A stretch of DNA of 64,000 bases from Felis catus. Lineage: Eukaryota. Below, piece by piece: positions 53,355 through 64,000 of the stretch (position 1 is its first letter; every line of letters starts with the position of its first letter). The notes under the pieces were generated by a model. The model ran no database searches, had not been told where the DNA came from, and saw only the letters and a list, made by a program, of their open reading frames with translations. The translations under genes and the position numbers were made by a program. The stretch covers positions 68,760,001-68,824,000 of the forward strand of contig NC_058368.1 in the NCBI RefSeq assembly GCF_018350175.1, written 5' to 3'.

Positions 53355-53570
53355 TTGTTTTTAATTGTTTTTTTTTCATGTTTATTTTTGAGAGAGAGAG
53401 ACAGAGCATGAGCGGGGGAGGGGAAAAGAGCGAGGGAGACAGAATCCAAAACAGGCTCCAGGCTCTGAGCTGTCAGCACAGAGCCCGATGCGGGGCTCGA
53501 ACTCACAAACCGCGAGACCATGACCAGAGCTGAAGTCGGATTCTTAACTGACCGAGCCACCCAGGTGCCC
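53355..53570 (-). mobile_element. Carnivore SINE
   Basis: Antisense body; TSD acctgt(g/t)aacttttct. Confidence 0.93.
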
Positions 53571-54561
53571 CAACCTGTTAACTTTTCTACTTTCTCTCTC
53601 TGTCTTTGCCTAATTCATTCATCAGAAAATTTACCGAAGCCTGATATATCCCAGGTTCTGTCTTTGGTACAGAGAATACAGCAGTGAAGACATCATCGTG
53701 ACTTCAAATCGGTGATAGTTTAATGGTTGGGGGTTGGGGGTTGGGGTGAGGTGGGGTCAAAAATGAGTATCGGGCATCCAGAATGCGGTATAATAAGTAC
53801 TAGGAAGGGTATCTGTGTGCCCTAGAGCATGGGAAGTTCCGGGGTATATACTCTGGAAGCATACTAGGGGCTAGCCAATTCAGACTGGGGCTTAAGGAGG
53901 TGAGGGAAACTTCTCATCGGACTTAAGTAGGAAAATGGAGGTGGCGTTAGTGGGTAAGAGGGTAGAATACGCCGTCTCTGTCTTCCTTCTCTGACTCCAT
54001 GAGGCCACCTGTGTTCTTAGTCACCCCATCTCTGTCCTTTTGCCTGGTTTCACACGACTCCCATCTTCCGTGTCTCCCTACTGGACCATTATTTGCTTTA
54101 GAGCAGCCCCTGTGAGGGCCATCCGTCAAACTATTACAGGACAATGACTAATAAGCTCTGTGTAAAGGCTTTGCTGCAGGTGGAAGGAGGCTGCAGGTTG
54201 AGAAAGGAGTCTGACTCTTCCTTCTCCCACAGTGATTCCAAGAGGTCTGTACACAAGTACACGTGAAATCCTAACTGTGGCTCCGCTCGCCTCTCCAAAG
54301 AAGAAATAACTGCCTAAAGCAAGAATTAAAGACAAAGGCTAACCTATAGAGAGAGCAGCAATAAATACATGCACACATTCAAGAAGTTTTTAAAATGGAT
54401 AAACAAAATGTTTCTTGAAAGGAGAAGAGAGAAATGAAAGAAAATAATTATCACTATCATGGCCGCCATTTAGTAAGCATATCTACACATTGTCAACTGT
54501 ACCAGCCATTGTTCGGATATTGCATGTAATTCTGAAAACAATCCTGGAAGGCAGGATTCTT

Positions 54562-54789
54562 TTTTATTTATTTATTTATTTTTTTAACGTTTATTTTATT
54601 TTGAGGACAGAGAGAGACAGAGCATGAATGGGGGAGGGGCAGAGAGAGAGGGAGACACAGAATCAGAAGCAGGCTCCAGGCTCTGAGCCATCAGCCCAGA
54701 GCCCGACACAGGGCTCGAACCCACGGACCGCGAGATCGTGACCTGAGCCGAAGTCGGACGCCCAACCGACTGAGCCACCCAGGCGCCCC
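54562..54789 (-). mobile_element. Young felid-type SINE inserted in a MIR-like segment
   Basis: Antisense body with gagccatcagcccagagccc; TSD caggattctt. Confidence 0.94.
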
Positions 54790-55367
54790 ACAGGATTCTT
54801 AAAACAAGTCCTCGAACGGTCTTGGGCACAAACTATGAGCTCAGTAACTATTTCCTGAATGAATGAAGATATAAATGCTTCTGTGTGCTTGGTGGCTGTC
54901 TCTCACCTCCTTCACCCCCTAGAAAATAAAATTCTTGAGGGCAAGCACTTCATTTTGCTTTCTTCCATATGCCAAGCATGTAGAATGAGGCTGGCACATG
55001 GCAGGCACTCAATGCTGTGCCGCCTCTAAAAGACAAGGAAACAGAGACTCAGCACAATTCAGTATTTTATGCAAAATCACACATAAACCGAGACCATGTA
55101 GGACTTGATCCCAGGTCAACCTGTGTTCTTCCTCCCTCTACATCACACCAGTCAAGACTTTCCTTCTGTACATTCTCTCATTATCTCAGGCCTGCTCAAG
55201 TTTCAGAGATACTCGGCTGTCTATAATTCACTAGGATAGTTTTGTTGAAAAGACTTAGCACAATAGCATATACTGGTGAATATTTAGCACATACCTATTA
55301 GTAATGGCAATTATCAACTTTCCCAAAAAATAATATGGGGGGTGAGGGGAACAGGAATGGGAAAGGG

Positions 55368-55597
55368 TTTTTTTTTAATTTTTTTTTTATTTTTTAATGT
55401 TTATTTACATTTGAGAGAGAGAGACAGAGTATGAGTGGGGGAGGGGGTAGAGAGAGAGGGAGACACAGGATCCAAATAGGCTCCAGGCTCCGAGCTGTCA
55501 GCACAGAACCCGACAGGGAGCCTTGAACTCATGGACCACAAGATCATGACCTGACCTGAAGTTGGACACCTAACCGACTGAGCCACCCAAGCGCCCC
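55368..55597 (-). mobile_element. Carnivore SINE
   Basis: Antisense body with polyT tail. Confidence 0.92.
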
Positions 55598-56049
55598 AGA
55601 AATGGGGGAGTTTTATTCCTCCTGCTTGTGCCAGAAGAACGGGGGAATACACAGAATGGGCTGCCTGTCCCCTACAGCCACAGCGAGCCTTGGACTATTG
55701 GGACAATGCAGCTTAGTCTCCTCATCAGGACTTATTTGCATTATTAAAATGTAAAGACAGACTCACTGGTGTGTCACGACTCATCCTCATCATTAAGATC
55801 ATTATGGTGACCTGGCACATGTGGGCAGACTAATCTTCGAGCACAAGAGCGGAACGAGGTGCCTAACTTGTCATGAGCCTGGCTGCTTTGGGAGAAAGGC
55901 AGCAGTCTGCTGTGATCATCAGAAGAGTCTAAGTGACTCAGTTTTACAAAGTGTGATCACTGAGGCTTTGGGGAGTTTATCAAACTAGATTGCAGCTACC
56001 TTCATCTCTCTAGATCTAGATTTTTCTGGTTCTTTCTCTAATATTCTTT

Positions 56050-56550
56050 TCTATTTTTCCCCATTAGTTGGACAAAATTAAAGGTCCCTAATACTGACAG
56101 TGTTATAGAGAATTATGCACTCTCATATGCTATGGAAGTCTAAAACGGCTTAGACTTGTTGGAGGACAACGTGGAAATATAAATTATATTCTTAAATGTT
56201 GATAGCATTCAAGTCAGCAATTCCATTTCTAGATATTTATGCTAAAGAAATACTTACATATGCATATAAAAAGGCATGTACGTGTTCATGTCAGCAGTAT
56301 TAATAAGAGTGAAAAACAATCACAAAACTAATCACTGAGGTCATCCAGGACGGGTTAAATAAGCTTTGGATAACTGATACTCTGAAATACACGTGACACT
56401 TAAAAACTGAGGGGAATTACTCTAACATCTATATCAAACACATCCACATCTGACTTGGCAAAATCTCCAAAGCATATTATTTAGTAGGAAAAAAGAGCTA
56501 GTTGCAGTATTCTGTACACTATTAGCTGTTTGCATTTAAAATACATTCCA
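56050..56550 (+). mobile_element. Ancient L1 3' fragment
   Basis: cagcaattccatttctagatatttatgctaaagaaatacttacatatgc is a typical L1M ORF2-end motif. Confidence 0.65.
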
Positions 56551-56730
56551 GGGGCACCTGGGTGGCTCAGTCAGTTGAGCGTCTCACTTCGGCTCAGGTC
56601 GTGATACTGAGGTTTGCGAGTTTGAGCCCTGCGTCCAGCTCACTGCTGTCAGTGCCCGCTTTAGATCCCCTGTCCCCCTCTCTCTGCCCCTTTCCCACTT
56701 GAGTTCTCTCAAAAATAAAACATTTAAAAA
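56551..56730 (+). mobile_element. Carnivore SINE
   Basis: Full head and tail; TSD tacattcca. Confidence 0.9.
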
Positions 56731-56764
56731 CTTTACATTCCAAAAGATAGATTTCTATAGGTAC

Positions 56765-57005
56765 ATATATAATGTACCTATTATATATGTAATATATATT
56801 ATATATGTAATATATATTATATGTAATATACATAATATATGTTATATATATCATGTAATATATATCATATATTATATATGTAATACATATGTATAACATA
56901 TATATAACATATAAATATGTTATATATTTAAATAATATATTATTTATCAATATTATATATGATTATGTAAAATAAATCACATGTAAATATTATATATTAT
57001 ATAAC
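56765..57005. repeat. Degenerate (TA)-rich minisatellite/low-complexity tract
   Basis: tattatatatgtaatata units repeated; nearly all A/T. Confidence 0.9.
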
Positions 57006-57927
57006 ATGCTATACCATACATGATACAGTAATATTTTCTGGATAGATCTAGACTTGTCTTTTTTCTGATGACTTCTTTGTGTCTCAGAGCCTTTCAGGCA
57101 TGAGGAAAAGCTGGGGCAATGTGATGGGAAGGAGCTGAGCCTGGTCTGTTGAGGCACAGGGAAGAGACCTCGCTGAGCAGCTGAATGTCATTACATATGC
57201 TTTGGGGCTGAGGTCACCCTGCTGTCTGAATGCTCAGGGACAAGAAGATTGAGTTACTTGAAGGAAATGCTGTCTCATCCTTTGCTTGCCATTGAGTTCT
57301 CCCCCAGCCCTGGGAAGAAGAAGCTCTACAAGTCAGTCCGGCTCCACTGGCCCAATTGAACAGTTTAATCAGTTTAGAAAAGGGGTTTAGTTTACAGAAA
57401 ACACCCCCTGTATTAGCTCACCAATAGCAAACGGTGATGAGAGCCCTGCATTGCACCAGGTTACTTGTGGTCACCAGAAACGAGAGCAGGCAGTGTCTTC
57501 GTGTCCCAGACCTATGTGGGATCGAGAGCAAGCTCCACCCACTCCTGTCCCATTTCTTCTAGTTGGACTCTTTCTCAGTTCTTCATACTGTGACATATTG
57601 CAGTGTCTTCCCAGAGAATATCCCCTCTGAAACACCTCCGGATTTCTGTAGTCATTCTTTAGCACATCCTCGGCCTTGGAGATTGCTCGTCTGTCTCTCC
57701 CTGGTACTGCAGACATCTTCACTTGCCTCTTCGTCATGAAGCCCCTCTCATCCGGAAAGCCTAAGCAAAAGTTCTCTTCCTTCGCTATGTCCCTTTCTTT
57801 CATTCTCTGACCCACACCGTACATAAACAAGTCCCAAAGGCTGTTTGAAGAGCTTTTCTCTAGAACTAGTCTCACTATTCTGATTGGTCAAATGGGAGAA
57901 AAGAATCTCAATCAATTAGAAAGATAT

Positions 57928-58133
57928 GGGGGTGCCAGGGTGGCATCCAACTCCTGGTTTTGGCTCAACTCATGATCTCACGGGTTTGTAAGTTCAAGCC
58001 CTGCATCGGGCTCTGTGCTGACAGCGCAGAGCTTGCTTGGGATTCCCTTTCTCCTCCTCTCTGTCCCGCCCCCACTCACACTGTCTCTGTCTCTCTCAAA
58101 ATTAAATCAACTTTTAAAAAATTATTTAAAAAA
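57928..58133 (+). mobile_element. Carnivore SINE with a short internal deletion near the 5' end
   Basis: gggggtgccagggtggcatccaactc...; TSD aattagaaaga(t/c)a. Confidence 0.88.
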
Positions 58134-58364
58134 TTAGAAAGACATGGCAGGAGTATCCTGTATTACGGAAGACCAGAATGCCAAATAGCGTAGTTCACAC
58201 TTTTTCCTAAAGCTATTTTAGTTTGGGGTGTTTCCGGGGTCTTGGGGAAACCTTAGGGGTCCCTGAGAAGGACGACAAAGGGATAAAATTGAAGTTTACA
58301 ATGTGCAGGCTGGTAACAGCATGTAGGATTAATTTCAAGTGAAAAAGAGACTGTGTCTCACCAC

Positions 58365-58500
58365 GATTACTGAGTATTAATATATGCCCAGCACTATGCC
58401 AGGCTCTTGAGAAACATTATTTCACCGAATCCTCACCACCAACCTTATGAAGTTTGTGCCCATTTTGTGCCTATAGCAACTGAAGCTTAGAGAACTTCAA
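58365..58500 (-). mobile_element. MIR SINE
   Basis: tactgagtattaatatatgcccagcactatgccagg...aatcctcaccaccaaccttatgaag...cccatttt...aactgaagcttagaga. Confidence 0.7.
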
Positions 58501-60802
58501 TTTTCCTATGGCAGACCCACACAAGGATTTCAAGGATTTCAATACAAATGCAACAGGCACAAATATGTCCGAGAGTGAAGACACAGAAACTCCCAGGAGA
58601 CTGGTGTGAAGTCCATACGTATGAGACTCCAGATTCTGTTGGCTCCAGGAACAGAACAGAAAGAAAGGGAGGGGGAATTCACAGGAAAGACTGGCAGACT
58701 GAGAGCAAAAAGGAAGACAAGGAACAGAGGGAGAGGACACTTAGTGAGCACCCAGACACAGGTCGTGGTCACGTCCTCAATCTCCACAATAACTTTGTGG
58801 AAAAGATCTTATTTGCCCGTTTTGTGGTTGAGGAGATGGGTTTAGAGATCTGAGATAACTCTACGTCTCCCGAGTAGCAGAGCAGAGACTTGAATTGTGC
58901 CCTGTGTGCCTCCCAATCTGGTGTCTGTGGCGCCTTACTGCGCTGCTTCCAATATGGCTTCCAGCTCAAGCCCTGGGGATGGGGGGGTGGGGGGGACTGG
59001 GAATCACAATACTATTCCCAGAAGTGGGGAAATCCTCAGGGAGAAAAACATGTGAGTAGGCATGGGCACGATAACGTTTTTGAGGGTGAGGTGGCAGGAG
59101 TCTGTTTGGGTAGAAATGTCTTCGGTATCTGGGGACTGGAGTTGCAATTTGACAGCAGAAGTCATGAGGTCGACACCAGCCCCTCAGGGAAAAACAAGTA
59201 GAGTCAGAAGAGGAGGGCACTTGGGGGTGGGCAGCAAGGTTGCCCACAAGTAGAGGCCAGGAAAACCCATAGGCACCAGCAAAAGAGATGGAGATAGCAC
59301 CGAGGGGAAAATACGAGGGTGCCATGATCAGAGACTCCCAACACAGAGGCTATGTCCAAAAAGTTCTGAATCCAAGCGTGTCTCAGCCAGCCAGCTGTCA
59401 GTTCACTCCAGCCAGCCCAGGCTGGTACTGTGATGTTTTGAATCATGTCAAATTCATAAAGAATATATTACATTCCGTTACACGCTGTAATCACAAAGGA
59501 CAATGAAGTATTTACTTTATTGGGCACCCACTACTTTGGGTGGTAAATGCCGTTTTCAGAAAATATGCCTCTAACTGGTTTTCCGATAAAGTATTTGCTG
59601 AACATTTGCCTTACATAAACAAATAGAAAAATAATAATAGTGTATATTCCCTCTGAACATTATAGGAAAGTGTAGGCTCCCATTGAATGAGGTTTGGAAA
59701 CAACATAGCAATTTGATGTCCTGTCAAGCTTGTTAAATTGCGATTCTACCAGGATTTTACATTGAGCCAGACCAGCACATCCCAGGGTATAAATTAGGCA
59801 TAATTGGATATGCACCGATTCTTTCGGGTCACTGGGATAAATTTAATGCTATAATTGAATAAATGATACTGTTGTGGCCTGAAAAGCTCTCTCCCAAAAC
59901 TTCTAGCTCACTCTCTGCCAGTAACTGGGGAAATTGAGTCTATGCTATGATTTTATATGTGTTTTGCCATCCTAATCCCTCCATCTGAAAAATGGCTCCA
60001 ATTTAGACCTATTGATTTATATTTTCAACTGTGGGGGCAAGGATTTGCATTTTTAAAAAGTTCTCCAATTAATTCTCTTGGAAAGTCAAATTTAGAAAAC
60101 ACTGTTCTATGTTTTTCAGAGAGGAAAGCTTTGTCACATATTTTATCTACCTCAACTTTGTAGGGATTGACCTAGTTGGGCTAAGTAGAGAGGTGTTTAT
60201 TTGATCATTGCTTATACCAATGATAAGTTAAAATTTTATATTAAAATTTTTGTGTACCTTTTTACATTGGGCAAACATATAAACACAGATTTATTTACTT
60301 TTAATTTTTAATGTAATGATATTTGCTATTGTCCTTTGGTATGTTGTCCAAATTCTCTCATATATCCTGGACCAGGAGTGTAATGATAAGACAAATGAAG
60401 GATTTTACAGTATTAAAATATAAGATCTTTGAAGACCTGGCTTTGTTTGGATCCCATATCTATCATTAATAAGATAGCTGACGTTAAGCAGGTTATTTGC
60501 AAACAAATGATAACAATGCTAATATCTAGTCTGCTTGTTAGCTCATAGAAATTTCAGAAGCATCAAATGATGTGTTGAAAATGATAGTGCTTTGAGAACT
60601 ATTAAGTGCTTACAAATAAATGCATTACATATAGAATTAAAATAAGAAGCTCTATGTTGTTTCCTCTAGAACAGTCCCCAAGGGGAGAAGTGAGAGGGAT
60701 TCTAACTCTGCTTAATGTAGACAAAGCTCTGTTTGACTTTTCTACTTTCTATATGATTTATATGTTGGTTTTCTGCTTAAGGCTTCATTGGAAAGTTGCT
60801 GC

Positions 60803-60870
60803 TAAAAAAAAAGTGAAAGAAAAGGAAAGGAAAGAAAAGAAGAAAAGAAAAGAAGAGGAGAGAAAAGAGG
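60803..60870. repeat. GA-rich polypurine tract
   Basis: aaagaaaaggaaaggaaagaaaagaagaaaagaaaagaagaggagagaaaagagg. Confidence 0.85.
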
Positions 60871-63800
60871 TTGAAAATCACTCTTCTGTGTTCTATTTGG
60901 CTTGCTGCCCACATTCTTCTTTCTTTAATTGCCAGCCCAACCTTAAACAAGTAACTGCTCATTATCACCTTTATAGAAATTCTAAAAAGGTAAAATTCCA
61001 GTTAGTTTCCTTCCTTGACTTCTTATCAGGAATTCTAGTTAAATTCCTGGGGTGAATTTAAAACTAATGGTTAAAGTGTGTTTTTAGATGAATTACTATT
61101 ATTCTCTAATTTTCTTTCGATCCCTATGCATAATTAAGAAATTATTATAATAAGAGAATTCCTTTGTAGCTAATTACAATCTATTACTTGGAAATAAGAG
61201 TGAAATCTTAGACTTACACATGTATCAGACAAAATGAGCAAATCATGAAACTGATCAGTCCCCAGTGCTCAGCTAATATTGGGTTGATATGATCTTAGAT
61301 TAACTGCTTAAAAGCCTAAATTGTTACTTCAAAATTTCAAATCATGTATCTGCAAGCTATCTCTATTTTTTCTCAGATTCTTATAGTAGGTTTCTCATGA
61401 AGAGTTCAAGACATTTGACACAAAGTTCCTCCATCAGTCATTAACATTCCTAAGAGGGACTAAGCAGAGGAGGAGGTGAAGAAGGCACAGGAAAAGAACA
61501 GAATGAATGCATTCATTCCCGCTTTCTCTCTCACACACATACACACACACGCACACACGCGCACATGCTCTCAGGCATGCGTGCACCCACACACGCATGC
61601 ACACATACACTGCTTAAGGGAAAACACAACAGAGAAGAATTCCAGTGGGGCTCTCTCTGCCTCAAGCGTGGGGGCAGCCGGCTGAGCAGCTCCCGCTGCT
61701 GGTGTGCACATATTCCATTTGTCTCCTTACACAGAGGAAGGGAGAATAACCGAGAACATTTCTATAACCACTCCCCAACCCTTCTTTACTGCACCGCAAC
61801 CTGATTTTTGTTCCCAGCGTTCCACCAGAATTAACCTGGATGAGATCACCAACAACTTTTTAAACGCCATATCCGGTGATCACTTTTGCAACTTTTAATT
61901 TTACTTGACCTCTCAGCAGTATTTGACAGTGTTGGGCACTTTCACTTTCTTACCCGGTACCAGTTTGTCCACGCCTTACCCTCTCTTTGTTTTCCTTTCC
62001 TTCAAGAATTCTATTTGTGGAGCCTTTAATTAGCATCTGAGACCAAACTGGTGATGGCTTCTTCTTGCCATCACTGTAACTTATATGACACATATTACAC
62101 GGTACTGCAATGATTTGTTGGCACTATTGGGAAGCTGGCCTTGGGCCACCAGTGTAAATGCCTGGGACATAAATGGAAAGCTCACCCTGTGGTGATCCTC
62201 ATTTACCTTGCCCCCTCTGAGCAAGGGACAAAGCAGCAAATGCTTTTAGAAAAACCTGAAGGGATTCCCAATACCAGAAAAGGAGGGAGAAAAATAGGTG
62301 TCCTACTTATTAGTTCATTTTCCATATGGAAAAAACATCCATGGGAAGTAGAGAGCCTTTGGACATTGGTCTCCTGGGACTCAGTATAGACTGATGTTGG
62401 TTGCCAAGCAACAAGAACAAGGCTCAAGGACTTTAAGTTCCCTTCTAGCTGGGAAGCATATTTGGATGGGTTCTCAAACGAGATTTCTGAAATTTATAAG
62501 GGAGGCTCAACCTTGATTTAGATCACTCAGTGTTCATGAGTCCTCTAGCATGCCTAGCCCTTCAGAATCTTGATTCTTGTTGTCGACATAGCGTCTTATT
62601 CAGTATTGTTTTGTGCGTGTTCCTGTTCTCTCCCTAGTTAAATTGAAAACTCTTTTGAGGGACAGAAAGGATGCCTAAATCTTCTGAGTCCTACCTCCCA
62701 GCATTCAGCATATCGTCAATAAAACCATATTAATTGATTGATTATCTGATCTACCTTTCTACTTTGTTGTCAAAGACCTTCCTTTTATTCTTCTTAGTGG
62801 GCCCAAATTTAGTGACACTTGTAGAAGCAAGCTTTACCTTTCAACTTTTAACTTCCATTGATTTTTCCATTGTGCGTGCCAAAGCCTTAAATTGATTCCA
62901 GTTGTTTAAAAGAGATGTATATTTTTCTTCTACACATTTTAAGGGGGAAAAACTTGAATGTGTTTTCCCTAGACTAAACCAAAACCAGATAGTTTCTCCA
63001 GAAATGTATGAATAAACAACAAAGTGGTTACTTTAGCAGCTGACATGCCATTATATTGGATTTCAGAGAGGTCAGGTACTTTCATATTTCATATGACTCC
63101 AGGTGAAAGAAAAGATATTTAGCAACAGGAAAAGGAAAAGTAAATCCACAAGCTCTCTTGTTCAGATCTGTGATATAAAAACTGAACAATTTAATGTAGA
63201 AGCAATATGGCAAATTACATTAGTCAAGGAGTATATTACTTTTAAGACAAAAGAATAATCATGACATTTTTGCTGTTTAAAGACAAAACAGTTCCCCTGC
63301 CATGATCATAGAGTCATGAATGTTGGATCTGGAAAAGACCTTAGAGAGCTAAATTATTTTCCACCCAATGCCAAGATGGTGACTCCTTTAGGGCAAGGAT
63401 TGTATTTTTTGCTTCCTCTTCAAAATGTCCACAGTGCTGAGTCAAGAGATGTGCACTCAGTTCCTTTAAGTAATAATCAATGATGTGGATCATTGCTACA
63501 GAGTCACGGCTATAGGGGGGCAGAAAGAAGATTTCAGCCTCACTTTCTGGAATTGCCTTTCTCTTTGGTAACAGCCCATTTTGACCCATAGAAGAGCTAT
63601 TATAACAATAGGTATTACATCTTTGGGGTTTTCCGTATGTCACTCATCAAAATGTCATACAAAGAGCTACACTGGTGCTTTTGTTGCCGGACCAGCATTG
63701 GCCAGCTGCCATGGTGCCTGCAGGCCCCGGTTCATAGAGAACTGTGCATTGACCTGCCCATGCAAAAATTGTTGCGAGGGCCTTACCTGTATATCACCAC

Positions 63801-64000
63801 AGGACAGTCACTTACAATGATTCCAGATCAATACCTTTCCGAGTTGTCTAGGAAGTCCTACCAGCTGTCACTTAAGGGTAATTAACACATCTCTCTCAAT
63901 TATGCATGCTGGTAGAAGAATTTCAAACATTTGGCTGGATAACAAATTCATCCCCTCCATTAGAGAAAGGTCATTCCTCTGGCCATCTGGATATTTACTT

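Larger units (their letters stand above)
35273..64000 (+). other. MBNL2: Intron downstream of the first coding exon of MBNL2 (partial)
   Basis: Starts GTAAGG. The continuation of zinc finger 2 (GRCSRENCKYLHP) was not seen in the ORF track or by eye. Confidence 0.8.

Noticed and set aside
54462..54471. YY1-like GCCGCCATTT
   Set aside because: Sits at the start of a decayed MIR/L2-like segment and is plausibly a chance derivative.
56594..56950. Tyr/Ile-rich ORFs
   Set aside because: Translation of the TA-rich tract and adjacent SINE.
57471..57875. 134-aa minus-strand ORF
   Set aside because: Non-ATG start, no recognisable homology, and no processed-pseudogene hallmarks (polyA, TSD) visible.
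1..64000. CRISPR array, operon or other prokaryotic-type system
   Set aside because: No regularly spaced repeat-spacer array or dense long ORFs; the sequence is mammalian intron.

Overview
This is mammalian nuclear DNA, almost certainly from a cat-family (Felidae) genome: it carries about 21 tRNA-derived carnivore SINEs, several matching the felid SINEC_Fc type. The whole window appears to lie inside the MBNL2 (muscleblind-like splicing regulator 2) gene on the + strand. Only one exon is clearly recognisable, the large first coding exon (34498-35272). It has a ~600-nt 5'UTR portion with multiple upstream ATGs and 174 nt of CDS (35099-35272) encoding zinc finger 1 and the start of zinc finger 2. 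The upstream non-coding first exon and the next coding exon (expected GRCSRENCKYLHP...) are not visible, so the rest is intron. The introns contain SINEs with target-site duplications (TSDs), old L1/L2/MIR/CR1 fragments, hAT MITEs, a MaLR LTR, a solo ERV LTR with an exact 4-bp TSD, and microsatellites. No prokaryotic-type system (CRISPR, operon, IS element) is present, and I found no evidence for a new protein-coding gene. The most interesting leads are regulatory or structural: a possibly translatable circular form of the MBNL2 exon, the uORF-dense leader, a nested tail-to-tail SINE hairpin, a recent 107-bp non-tandem duplication, an antisense solo LTR, and candidate alternative promoter or 5'UTR exons. 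Repeat family names come from recalled consensus sequences, not from a search, and repeat boundaries are approximate.
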